In this document: piece by piece, positions 17,918 through 27,267 of the stretch | How the letters are laid out: each line of letters starts with the position of its first letter | Numbering within the stretch: the stretch's first letter is position 1 | IMG/VR virus record: IMGVR_UViG_3300025617_001484 | Coordinates: 8,790 to 72,789 of that record | DNA length: 64,000 bases | Direction: 5' to 3' (one strand) | Source: a virus | Program-made: the position numbers and the translations under genes | Notes under the pieces: generated by a model | Database searches by the model: none | What the model was told of the DNA's origin: nothing | The model's input: only the letters and a program-made list of their open reading frames with translations

Positions 17918-19831
17918 TCAGGATTTGACACTCGTAACTAAATCGTTGTAAAGGTTTGAAACCTCCTTAGTTACCATTTTCTTAAACTTTGAGAAATCTT
18001 CGTCCTCTATAGCATTTCTCACCTCTGTACCACTAGTTACTCTAGGGGTTTCTACTATGTCAAGGGCATCACTAATTTTGTCTTTTATGTCAGACATCTT
18101 AATGTAGTCGATCTGCTTTGTGTAATCGTCTATTCTATCGGGACCAGCTCCGATTAAATGTGGATCATATCCCATATCTATAAGCTTAGCAATTGCAGAG
18201 CCTAAAAGACCTCTATTTACGATCATGTACCCGTCAATTTCCTCGTTACTATCAACAATGGCATCCATGTATCTACGTATAGATTGTTCATCAAACGGGG
18301 ATTTACCAGATTTATTGTGACCTGGGTATACCACAACAGCATATGAATTCATATCATTCTTATCCTTAAGCTCCTTTGCCATCTTTAAGTGACCCAAGTG
18401 GAATGGCTGGAATCTTCCCATTATAACATTAACAGGTTTCAGTTCTTCTTTGCTCTCTTCCTTAATAAGATCTACCTCTTTGGGGATTTCCTCATTATCA
18501 ATTGTTTCCAGCTTGCTAATAAATTCCTGGTATGAGAAGAAAGGGTCCTCGTTGGTATCAGCTTCCTCGTCTTCTTCCTGTAGATAATCTACAGAAGGTG
18601 AATTTTCTCTCCGGAACTCATCAAAGCTAACAAACTTGGACTCATTAACATTCTTAGGTTTCTTTATATAATCCTTAATATCCTGTATCAAAAGATTTAT
18701 TTGATCCTTCATACCGGATGTAACTATACCACCAGCTCTTGTCTTAATCTTTCTAAAAGAATTTAGAATGAGCTTGTATAATGATTCAAAGGATTCATCC
18801 TTCTCCACATATTTTAAAACCCTTCTATCTTTAACTTTATCCCGATTAAGCCTAAACTCATCCCTTTTTAGATATTCAGGTTCTTCAAAATCAGTACCTT
18901 TATATTTTTCTGAATACTCATCCAAAAACTTAACAAAGACATCACTTATAAACGAGATGTATCTTTCATCCTCCGATTCTCCATTAACTTCAAATTCCGC
19001 AAGCCCTTTCTCCAATATAAAGTTCATTACATCCAGCAATGTAATGCCCAAAAAATCGGAAGGCTTTTTACCTTTCTTGTCAGCAAATTTTTTCTTAGCA
19101 ATCTCGGTAAATATCGGATCTACCATCTTGGCAAGAACTGTATCACTATCCCCATCCAGTTCACCAAATCTAAAAACTATTCCCTCAACATCTTTGTCAA
19201 GATCGTCATTAAGAGCTGTTTTAGTTAATTCTGGATTAAGGGTCTTAATTATATAGCGAACGAAAGATTGGGTTTTGAATTTTTCTACAAGCTCCTTGAA
19301 AGGGGTATTTAGAAATTCCATTAAATCAGACTTTTGATCTTCGTTTAATAATCCCTGGAAAATAATAGGAGGTCTTTCAACACCAAGAAGATCAGACCAG
19401 TCATTCAGCTCGTTCTCATCCTGTATGGTTCTCTCTATTTTTCCACCAGTTCCCATTTTATGAATATACGAAAGAATTAAATTGTTCTTCGGTAGTCTAT
19501 CATAAACAATCTCAACAGGTTTTTTGTTAGCAAAATATTCTAATCCAAACCTCCACCCACGTGGTATTTTTTCTAGTATGTTAGGGGGTAGGGATTCTAT
19601 ATACTGAATAGGTTTCTCGTAATACTTCATTAAAGTACGATCTACCAGAGTTATCGGATTTCTTTGATCCCTTCTATAGAATTTAAAATTTCCAGTCTCC
19701 TTGTCCCTTTCAAAGGAAAAAGCAGATCCGTCCATCTTTTCGTTTATAGTTACAAACTGACTAAAGAGCTGACTTACAAAGTCAGATCCTTTCTTGTTAT
19801 AAATATCGTATAAGTGATTAATTCCAGCCAT
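17918..19831 (-). CDS. Fusion: RNA-ligase-like (KxDG) nucleotidyltransferase plus HIGH-family cytidylyl/adenylyltransferase
   Basis: N-terminal EKMDGS, FGLEYF, EGIVFR, LAKMV (ligase motifs I, III, IV, V); C-terminal GRFQPFHLGH, GAGPDR, SGTEVR. Confidence 0.75.
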   Translation of the reverse strand: MAGINHLYDIYNKKGSDFVSQLFSQFVTINEKMDGSAFSFERDKETGNFKFYRRDQRNPITLVDRTLMKYYEKPIQYIESLPPNILEKIPRGWRFGLEYFANKKPVEIVYDRLPKNNLILSYIHKMGTGGKIERTIQDENELNDWSDLLGVERPPIIFQGLLNEDQKSDLMEFLNTPFKELVEKFKTQSFVRYIIKTLNPELTKTALNDDLDKDVEGIVFRFGELDGDSDTVLAKMVDPIFTEIAKKKFADKKGKKPSDFLGITLLDVMNFILEKGLAEFEVNGESEDERYISFISDVFVKFLDEYSEKYKGTDFEEPEYLKRDEFRLNRDKVKDRRVLKYVEKDESFESLYKLILNSFRKIKTRAGGIVTSGMKDQINLLIQDIKDYIKKPKNVNESKFVSFDEFRRENSPSVDYLQEEDEEADTNEDPFFSYQEFISKLETIDNEEIPKEVDLIKEESKEELKPVNVIMGRFQPFHLGHLKMAKELKDKNDMNSYAVVVYPGHNKSGKSPFDEQSIRRYMDAIVDSNEEIDGYMIVNRGLLGSAIAKLIDMGYDPHLIGAGPDRIDDYTKQIDYIKMSDIKDKISDALDIVETPRVTSGTEVRNAIEDEDFSKFKKMVTKEVSNLYNDLVTSVKS

Positions 19832-19833
19832 CC

Positions 19834-20286
19834 TTAATTCAATAGAATTTTTAAATTTCCCATATTACCAATGTTAGTGATCAAAACAGGACCTAGTTGT
19901 ACATCAACACCAACAGAAACCTTTTGATCAACTATAAGTTTTGCTAAACCTCTTATGATAGTTTCAACAAGAATTTTCGATTTTTTCTGTAAATCCATTT
20001 GGTGTATTATAGCTAATTCCTCCAAAAGGGATTCAATTTCTGGTGCATCAATTTGATAATCTATAAGATCATAGACTTCTTTTTCTATCTTGTAATAGTC
20101 TTCACCATCTAATAAAATATTAGCTCCACCTTCTTCATTTTTAATTATGGTACCATTTAAACCAAGAATAGTTGAAAATGAAATTACGCCGTTGTCTTCC
20201 CGAGCAACCAATGAGGGTGAATCCTTTTCAAGAAAAACCTCTAGTGCTCCATAAACAAGGTCATTATGTTTTTTAGTAAATTCCAT
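19834..20286 (-). CDS. Hypothetical protein
   Basis: 150 aa within the operon. Confidence 0.7.
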   Translation of the reverse strand: MEFTKKHNDLVYGALEVFLEKDSPSLVAREDNGVISFSTILGLNGTIIKNEEGGANILLDGEDYYKIEKEVYDLIDYQIDAPEIESLLEELAIIHQMDLQKKSKILVETIIRGLAKLIVDQKVSVGVDVQLGPVLITNIGNMGNLKILLN

Positions 20287-21198
20287 TTATTTTATCTCAG
20301 TTGGAATATCAAAATCCCCATTAATTAAATACCTTTCTAGATTATCTCTAATCTCCTCTTTCTTATCTGCATGTAAATAATCGGGGGAGGAAACTATTTT
20401 CCAGGCATCTTCAAAAGATTTAAGATCCACCTTATTGACACCGCTACCAAACATCATTTCCACAAATTTGTCAGGGTCCCTGGTTATAAGTGAGGTTTCA
20501 CCCTTAATGGTCTTTGGATTTTTTAGTCTTTTGGTTGCACCTCGGAAAGATTTTTTATTCTTGTATATTCCATCGCTTAGTCTAAGAGCATAAGAATAAA
20601 AATCCTCTATTTCTCCATCATCATCCTTAGAGATAACCTCCTTCAGTGCGGAAAGAATAGATTGGAAAAGCCAGTTTCTGTGTGCAGATTTATATTTACT
20701 CTCGTTTTTCCTATAGTCTGGTGAATAGAATATGAATTTAGCCCATTCCATATCAGCTATCGGTATAAGGTCAAGCTGTACTATTCCTTTAGACTCGTCT
20801 CCTTCTATAGGCCAACCAATTGAGAGTACGTTAATCCCCCTCATCAATTTTAGGTCTGGAACAAATCCAAGCTTATTGTGGAGTGTTTCGGAAAGGTTCT
20901 TATACAAAGCACCGAGAACATCATCCTCAGAAACACCCAAGCTTTTCGAGAGAAATTTCTTATCTATCCCGAGATCAATATCACCAGAGGTATCACTTTG
21001 GTTTTTCTTTTTACCTATACTTCCAATAATTAGATACTCTTTGTCAATCTCTCCCCCACCTAGTATAGGAAAGAGTATACTTTTGATAGACTCAAGTGTT
21101 TTTGGAACCTCGCTCTCCCTTATCCTTCTGGAATCCTTGATAGCAGCTCCACCTTCGAAGAGATTTATATAATCTCCAAACTTTACTAAATTTCTCAT
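20287..21198 (-). CDS. Pol-beta-superfamily nucleotidyltransferase with capsid-targeting-like N-terminus
   Basis: IGS...SGDIDL (GS...DxD) plus third Asp in VQLDL; N-terminus MRNLVKFGDYINLFE. Confidence 0.75.
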   Translation of the reverse strand: MRNLVKFGDYINLFEGGAAIKDSRRIRESEVPKTLESIKSILFPILGGGEIDKEYLIIGSIGKKKNQSDTSGDIDLGIDKKFLSKSLGVSEDDVLGALYKNLSETLHNKLGFVPDLKLMRGINVLSIGWPIEGDESKGIVQLDLIPIADMEWAKFIFYSPDYRKNESKYKSAHRNWLFQSILSALKEVISKDDDGEIEDFYSYALRLSDGIYKNKKSFRGATKRLKNPKTIKGETSLITRDPDKFVEMMFGSGVNKVDLKSFEDAWKIVSSPDYLHADKKEEIRDNLERYLINGDFDIPTEIK

Positions 21199-21686
21199 TA
21201 CTTTACATCAAAATAGCTAGAAGCAGAAAAAACATAGTCCTTATAGAGTTTCTGCTCTCTTCCCTCTGGATTGTTTATATCAAATCCCTTTCCAAAGGTG
21301 GATCTACCCTTAAGGATAGCATTTTTATAAAACTCCTCATAGTCTTTGTCCTTGTTTTTCCCAGAAGCTTTGATCGAGTCTCCCCATCTAGAAAGAACCT
21401 GTTCTTTATTTTTCTCAAGACCATCTGCATCCATACTGGCAGCTTTTCCAGAATCAAAAAGATCAGCAATTCCCTTTCCTATTTTTTGAAGTCCTTCTAC
21501 AGCACCTTTTACAAGTCTCTGTAAAGCACCTCCTTCGTCATAGGTCATCTGGTAAAGTTTTTCCTCACCAGTTTCAGCTTCAATTCTCCTTCTGATTTCT
21601 TTAATACGAGCGTTTGCTCCTGGATATTCATCAGCTTCTAGTATGAACTGCCCAAAGTTTTTAAGGTTCTGCATCTTTTTCCTCAT
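21198..21686 (-). CDS. Hypothetical protein with capsid-targeting-like N-terminus
   Basis: MQNLKNFGQFILE; GATATATA at 21693-21700. Confidence 0.75.
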   Translation of the reverse strand: MRKKMQNLKNFGQFILEADEYPGANARIKEIRRRIEAETGEEKLYQMTYDEGGALQRLVKGAVEGLQKIGKGIADLFDSGKAASMDADGLEKNKEQVLSRWGDSIKASGKNKDKDYEEFYKNAILKGRSTFGKGFDINNPEGREQKLYKDYVFSASSYFDVK

Positions 21687-21711
21687 TTATCCTATATATC
21701 GGACAAAAGAG

Positions 21712-23235
21712 TTAAAGCTTAACATTAAAAATCTTATACTTGAACTTTTCGTTCTTATAGATCTCTATCCTAGCTTCACTGTGCTTCATGAGATAGTTCT
21801 TGTATCTAGGAGAAGAAAAGTCATCGACAAAGTCAATAACGTTCACTTTTTCCTTTCCTTCCATCTTTCTCATTCCTCTACCTAAGCTTTGCTTGATGAG
21901 TACTTCACTCTTATAAGATTCAACTAAGAAAATGTTGTGTAAATTATTAATGGAGATACCGGTAGAAAAGGTACCATAGGTTGCAACAAGTATTTTGTTT
22001 TCACCAGCAGACATTCTTGACTTATATTCCTCCCTAAGTGACTCGTCTGTGTCTCCATCAACGTAGAATACTTCTTTGTCATTGGTTATTTCTCTCAGCC
22101 TATTCCATATCTGTTTACCATACTCGTCCTTTACTGATTGAAAGAGCACCAGTGAATTTTTAGAGGTTTTAGCAATGAAATCAACGACATACTTTAACCT
22201 TTTATCACTTTCTATTACAAGCTTTCTCTCAAGGTTGTACAGTTCGTTTCCCTCTAAATTTTGAGAATTTGCTTTCAGATCAGAAAGCTTCTGCTTAATC
22301 TCTTGATCCAGCCAGTCCAGTCTAACAACCTTTATATGAACCGGGGTTGCATGTTTATTTTTGAAAAGAAAATCTGGAGATATTTCAACAACTACAGGTC
22401 CTAAGAATTGCTGTATGGTCAAATGATCTGCTGAACCTCTTTTGGTTAGTGTTCCCGTGAGGCCGAATCTCCATTTACTGTGCATGCACTTAGCAACAAT
22501 CTTTTTGATTGACATCGAGTTTGTGTGATGAGCTTCGTCTACAAATACAGCATCTATTTCTTCAAAGAAATCTTCATCCTTCTTAACCAAAGACTGGAAA
22601 GTTCCTATTATAAGATCACATCCTTCCCTCAGTTTACTACCTCCACCAATTTGCTGTATTCTCACACCAAGATCACTAATGCCATAGTCAATAAAGTCAT
22701 CATTTCCCTGGAACACTAGGTTTGTATTAGGCACGATCATTAAGAACTTTCTAATCATGCCCCTCTGCTTTAAAAAAGCAAAAATCATGAAGGAGATTAA
22801 TGTTTTTCCAGAAGACGTAGCAATCTCAGATACAGAGTACCTAAATTTGACAATCTTCCAAGCAGCTTCTATCTGATAGTCTCTGGGCTTTATCTCCTTA
22901 TCTTCGAAAAATTCGTTAACCCATCCCTGAAATTCCTCCAGCGATAAGTCACCTAATATTAAATTGTCAAGTCCATCTATATTAATCGTAATATCAAACT
23001 CATTTCCGATCTCCATGACCTCTCTCCATAGACCAACGGGTACTTTCCAGAAACCTCCCCTCTTCTCAATAAAGCATATGTTTCCGTCCCAGATTTTCTT
23101 TTTTACCAATGGATGAAAATACCAATTGTGTATTTTCTTAGTCAAAGATATCTCTATCTGTCTTTTTTCGATTTCGTCCTCAGCCTGTGTTAGTATAAGC
23201 CATTGTTGATCCTCAGATACATTAAACCTCAACAT
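21712..23235 (-). CDS. uvsW: UvsW-like SF2 DNA helicase
   Basis: PRDYQ, ATSSGKT, VDEAH, GLTGT, FSTGISI, QSLGRGMR. Confidence 0.92.
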   Translation of the reverse strand: MLRFNVSEDQQWLILTQAEDEIEKRQIEISLTKKIHNWYFHPLVKKKIWDGNICFIEKRGGFWKVPVGLWREVMEIGNEFDITINIDGLDNLILGDLSLEEFQGWVNEFFEDKEIKPRDYQIEAAWKIVKFRYSVSEIATSSGKTLISFMIFAFLKQRGMIRKFLMIVPNTNLVFQGNDDFIDYGISDLGVRIQQIGGGSKLREGCDLIIGTFQSLVKKDEDFFEEIDAVFVDEAHHTNSMSIKKIVAKCMHSKWRFGLTGTLTKRGSADHLTIQQFLGPVVVEISPDFLFKNKHATPVHIKVVRLDWLDQEIKQKLSDLKANSQNLEGNELYNLERKLVIESDKRLKYVVDFIAKTSKNSLVLFQSVKDEYGKQIWNRLREITNDKEVFYVDGDTDESLREEYKSRMSAGENKILVATYGTFSTGISINNLHNIFLVESYKSEVLIKQSLGRGMRKMEGKEKVNVIDFVDDFSSPRYKNYLMKHSEARIEIYKNEKFKYKIFNVKL

Positions 23236-23243
23236 TCTCCTTT

Positions 23244-23690
23244 TTATTTTATAGTACTCGCTCTTAAATAGTCCTCAAGAGCTATTCTGGATTTTATACC
23301 ATACAACATATGATCAACAGTCTGGATAGTTTGGTCTATAAATTTTCTATGTCCCTCCACTAATTGTATTTTTTCAACTATATCAGAAACGTCTCCCTCT
23401 ATGAGAAGCTTAGTTTCGTTGGATCCATATCTTACATCGCTATTGGTTGTATAATCCCTTAGTTTAGAAGCTCTAAGCTTTCTCTCCTTTGTTGCTAGTT
23501 TACTCACAATCTGTGCAAGTTTATAGCTATATTCTAGTAAAATTTGTCTATTTGAAAAAAGGTCAACTTGAGCTTCTGCAACAGTTCTAATGCTTTTCAA
23601 ACTCAAAGCAATAACTTGTATTTTTTCCTTCCACTCACCTCTTTCTATTTCAAAGAGCTTTGCATAGTCTGTTTTCTGTTGTTCTGACAT
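23244..23690 (-). CDS. UvsY-like recombination mediator
   Basis: 148 aa helical protein adjacent to uvsW; C-terminal YGIKSRI resembles UvsY. Call rests largely on synteny. Confidence 0.55.
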   Translation of the reverse strand: MSEQQKTDYAKLFEIERGEWKEKIQVIALSLKSIRTVAEAQVDLFSNRQILLEYSYKLAQIVSKLATKERKLRASKLRDYTTNSDVRYGSNETKLLIEGDVSDIVEKIQLVEGHRKFIDQTIQTVDHMLYGIKSRIALEDYLRASTIK

Positions 23691-23691
23691 A

Positions 23692-23922
23692 TTAAAATAA
23701 TTCGTTGCCTTTTTTCTTATTAGTATTTTTTCCCAATTTTATTTCCTTTACAGAAGATTTTCTTAGCCTCGGATTTCCTATATCTATATTAACCTTCTCT
23801 ATCTCCAAGGATTCGTCACCAATACTTGCAAGAAAAGTAACAGGGAATTTCAGATCACCGTTATTTTCATCTAATCCTTCTTCCCATTCTTGGGTTTGGT
23901 CTATAGTTGGCATATCAAGCAT
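23692..23922 (-). CDS. Hypothetical protein
   Basis: 76 aa, overlaps the primase stop. Confidence 0.6.
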   Translation of the reverse strand: MLDMPTIDQTQEWEEGLDENNGDLKFPVTFLASIGDESLEIEKVNIDIGNPRLRKSSVKEIKLGKNTNKKKGNELF

Positions 23923-24976
23923 ATATGAAATCGGATAAATCGAGAATCTCCTCAGTAAAATAATTATCCAATCTCTTTATTTTGATCCTCTTAGCACGGA
24001 GGTAGTTTACAAGATCGTTTAAATCCCATTTCTTATTTATCGGAAGGTCGTGATCAACTAAAAATTTCTTCCAGTTGAACACTTTTTTTCCATCGGATAA
24101 AAGTTCCGAGTGTTTTTGTCTTCCTGCCCTATCCCAGTCATACCAGTATTGTACATTCTCAACGTCAAACGGGAATTTGTTTTCTATAGAGCACAAAGCC
24201 ACCGAATTTTTCCAAAGCCAAGAATCCATGGGTCCCTCAAAAATTGTTATGGTTCTATCGAAGGATATTCTACCAACATTGAAAACAGAAGACACTGGAT
24301 CAATTTTCTTTGCCTCTTCTATAAGGTTAAGGTCTTTGGTCTTTAGTAATTTTTCCCATATACCACTAAGCTTATACGTATAATACTTAGATCCGTAGTT
24401 TGAATCCATGTTTCTGAACTGGAGCCCTAATATCTCATTATCCTTAGTAAGATTAAATAAATACAGTTTACCAGTCTCTGGGTCCCAAGCAAATTTTTCA
24501 TCCGCCTGCTGATTTCTTCTTATGAGGTATCTTTCAATTTTAGATCCAGCAACTTCTTGCAATTTCATAGATTCCATAAAGAAATCTCTTGGAATAACTA
24601 CGGACTTAAAATCAGTGTCGAAGAAAAATGCTATATCAACATCTCCATAGGTGGTTTGTCTCTTCTCCTTTCCCTTTTTTATAAGATCTATAATATCCCT
24701 TTTTTCGTCTCCTTCTAGCTGTGAAGCTATATGAAAGTCCCTGAATAGTGAATAAGCATCCTTATAAATGCCGCATCCTCCATTATAACATTTGTATGTA
24801 AGAGTATCTATGTAGAAGTTACCTCTTTTTTTCCTAGAAGTAGTACTATCACCACAATAGGGGCAAGAAATATTTAACCTATTTCCCGCTTCATAAATGT
24901 TTTGTTTCCCAGGATTACCAGCAAATTCTTTCCTTAAAATACCACCTAAAAGCTCCTTTATTCTTACAAGATCCAT
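23915..24976 (-). CDS. DNA primase, T4 gp61-like
   Basis: Zn finger CPYCGDS...YKCYNGGC; TOPRIM FEGPMDS, YDWDRAG, DLND. Confidence 0.9.
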   Translation of the reverse strand: MDLVRIKELLGGILRKEFAGNPGKQNIYEAGNRLNISCPYCGDSTTSRKKRGNFYIDTLTYKCYNGGCGIYKDAYSLFRDFHIASQLEGDEKRDIIDLIKKGKEKRQTTYGDVDIAFFFDTDFKSVVIPRDFFMESMKLQEVAGSKIERYLIRRNQQADEKFAWDPETGKLYLFNLTKDNEILGLQFRNMDSNYGSKYYTYKLSGIWEKLLKTKDLNLIEEAKKIDPVSSVFNVGRISFDRTITIFEGPMDSWLWKNSVALCSIENKFPFDVENVQYWYDWDRAGRQKHSELLSDGKKVFNWKKFLVDHDLPINKKWDLNDLVNYLRAKRIKIKRLDNYFTEEILDLSDFIYA

Positions 24977-25009
24977 ATAAACCCATTTAATTTTAGTTAA
25001 AAAAAGAAA

Positions 25010-25038
25010 AGGGGCAGCAATTCACATTGCTAGCCCCT
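25010..25038 (-). terminator. Intrinsic terminator after the gp32-like gene
   Basis: Stem AGGGGC-AGCAAT/ATTGCT-A-GCCCCT with a long T-run on the minus strand. Confidence 0.75.
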
Positions 25039-25050
25039 ATTCAGGTAGAT

Positions 25051-26007
25051 TTAGAGATCTGCGTATAGGTCGTCTAGAGACGATGATGTTTCTGGTGCTG
25101 GTGGTTGACTAATTCCAGATTCTTTCTTAGCCGGCTCTGAGCCTACCTTAGTTGAAGAAGCCTCTTGGTAAAAGTCATTAGAAGAGCTAGTAGAAGATGT
25201 TGTAGGAGAGCTAGTCTGATTAGCTCCTCCGAGTACCTCATTAACTAATCTACCGTCAGGAACTGTGTTTTTAATTACGTTCATAACTCGATCAGCTGTA
25301 TTTTCGTCCCAGTCTTTATATTCGAATTGTGTCAAATTATCAGGACCCGTTTTTAAATACTCCATGATAGTATTCATGTCATCCTGATTTTTTTCCATCC
25401 TCTTGCCATTAATTTCAATAGGTCCTCTATCACCCACAAAAGAACAAAGGTCATAGTTATTCCATTCTCCAACTTTTCTAGTATGTACTGAGAAAAGTTT
25501 TCCTTCAAATAGATCAAAAGGGTTGCACGTGTCTCCATATTCTGGCTTAAGTTGTGCTTCTAACATGTCATTAAGCTTTCTACCAAATTTGAAGATCATT
25601 ATTTTACCTTCAATCTCAGGGTTGTTTTTATCCTGTACAATCTGAATTAAAGAGTAGTAATCTTCTTTTCTAGAAAAGCTTCTTGAAAGTTCCTGATCAG
25701 CAGCTGAATGTGAGTTCTTAAGCTTCCAGAACATGTCCTTAAGAACAGACTTTTTACCAACTGTTGATGGACAGTCTACTGGAAATCCATCGCCTGTGCT
25801 TGGATCATTTAAGTACACGTAGTACTTATGAATTTTTGACTTTGTAGGGTCAACGTGATTAGGAAGAAAACGGATCAAAGATTTATAAACTCCATCCTTC
25901 CCGTTTTCGGGGTATGGTTTGTAAAATTCTGTTCCTTCTGAATTCTCCTTTTTTGTTTTTGTTACGAACGCCTCAGCGTCCAAATTGAAAATGTCTAAAT
26001 TGCTCAT
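25051..26007 (-). CDS. Single-stranded DNA-binding protein, T4 gp32-like
   Basis: IRFLP, GKIMIFKFG, NPFDLFEG, NYD, and a Ser-rich acidic tail ending LDDLYADL. Confidence 0.9.
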   Translation of the reverse strand: MSNLDIFNLDAEAFVTKTKKENSEGTEFYKPYPENGKDGVYKSLIRFLPNHVDPTKSKIHKYYVYLNDPSTGDGFPVDCPSTVGKKSVLKDMFWKLKNSHSAADQELSRSFSRKEDYYSLIQIVQDKNNPEIEGKIMIFKFGRKLNDMLEAQLKPEYGDTCNPFDLFEGKLFSVHTRKVGEWNNYDLCSFVGDRGPIEINGKRMEKNQDDMNTIMEYLKTGPDNLTQFEYKDWDENTADRVMNVIKNTVPDGRLVNEVLGGANQTSSPTTSSTSSSNDFYQEASSTKVGSEPAKKESGISQPPAPETSSSLDDLYADL

Positions 26008-26047
26008 GATTCTCTTAATTGTTTTTTTTAAATCCTTTATTTAATCT

Positions 26048-26830
26048 CTAAGTGCTCCAAAAGTTTCCCTTAGATTCTATATATCCATAACTTTTTTTAA
26101 TAATTTCCTCTCCAACAACCTCAGTTTCCCAAACTTTTTTGCCTCTAAGAGACACTTTTACCAAAGGTCTGGTCAAATTATATTCAGAGGATTTGATATG
26201 ATGTCTTAATAGTGTCTCGGGATGGAAATAGATACCAGATAAAATATACTCTTCCATAAAATCAAACATCATACAGTAATATTCCATAGAGTCCCTATCT
26301 CCCCATGCAAAGATGTCATTGACTCCTCCCTTCCAATCATAACCAGGTGGAATACGGATAGTGTTTAGGTTAGAATCCAGAGGAATATGATTGTGTATTT
26401 TGATATCCATTCTTCCCTTTATTACATAATCATACCTTTCACCCAAGAGGTCTTCATACTCTTTCATCAAAAGGAATGCTTGCTTTATCTTATACCACAT
26501 CAAGAAAACAGACACTGGGTTAATCTCTCCTGTTTGTGGTCCAAATTTTTCATAGCTCCAAGCTTTTTCTATAAGGGAGCTAATACCAGCAGATTCAAAA
26601 TCATCAGTTTTTAATGACTTTGGAGAATAAAGTTTAACAAGGGTATCAATTGACAACGTGTCAGTGAGGTGTTGCGTTTCTGCGTGCAAAGACCCATTGA
26701 TGGAATCTGAAGGGTTCCAGGTGGAAATAAAAACATCAGCATTAAATCTATCCAATATCCTTCCCTTTATGTAGGGATAGGTATCACTAGCTTCCCTAAT
26801 TTGTCCAGGTAGGAGGAGAGCAACTTTCAT
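26048..26830 (-). CDS. Putative glycosyltransferase-like protein
   Basis: MKVALLLPGQIR...DVFISTW...YDYVIKGRMD...NDIFAWG...HPETLL, a pattern seen in polysaccharide-locus proteins. Confidence 0.6.
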   Translation of the reverse strand: MKVALLLPGQIREASDTYPYIKGRILDRFNADVFISTWNPSDSINGSLHAETQHLTDTLSIDTLVKLYSPKSLKTDDFESAGISSLIEKAWSYEKFGPQTGEINPVSVFLMWYKIKQAFLLMKEYEDLLGERYDYVIKGRMDIKIHNHIPLDSNLNTIRIPPGYDWKGGVNDIFAWGDRDSMEYYCMMFDFMEEYILSGIYFHPETLLRHHIKSSEYNLTRPLVKVSLRGKKVWETEVVGEEIIKKSYGYIESKGNFWST

Positions 26831-27267
26831 CGATATAAAGAGATGTAATCAGAGCAAATCCCATAGCATCCTTCTACGGGATCCTCATAAACTTCAGGCA
26901 AAACAGCAATACTGTTTTTAATTGGTTGATTACCTGGATAAGCCCAAACAAATCCCCCCGTGGTTATTGTTACGAGGTCGCTTTGGTGCCAAAAAACATT
27001 AAGTGTGGGATAATCCTTAAGATAAATTAAAGCTGGTATATTTTTGCAATGAACCCAAAGACTTTCACTTCTTTTCAGGAGCCACTCGAGGGTTATTTTA
27101 TTTTCGGGAAAGTCATGTCCAAGATAAATTGACGTACCGTCTATCCATACGTCAATCTCAACATCGTAACCCGAATCCAGTGCTTCCTGTATATAACAAG
27201 TTGTATTTTCCCTGCCTGGATCTGGTCCGTTAATATTTCCTCTATGAGAAATTAATTTCGACATCAA
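26827..27267 (-). CDS. PLC/GDPD-like phosphodiesterase (minimal)
   Basis: LISHRGN...EN...GYDVEIDV...LGHD...WVHCKN...GICSD. Confidence 0.75.
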   Translation of the reverse strand: MMSKLISHRGNINGPDPGRENTTCYIQEALDSGYDVEIDVWIDGTSIYLGHDFPENKITLEWLLKRSESLWVHCKNIPALIYLKDYPTLNVFWHQSDLVTITTGGFVWAYPGNQPIKNSIAVLPEVYEDPVEGCYGICSDYISLYR

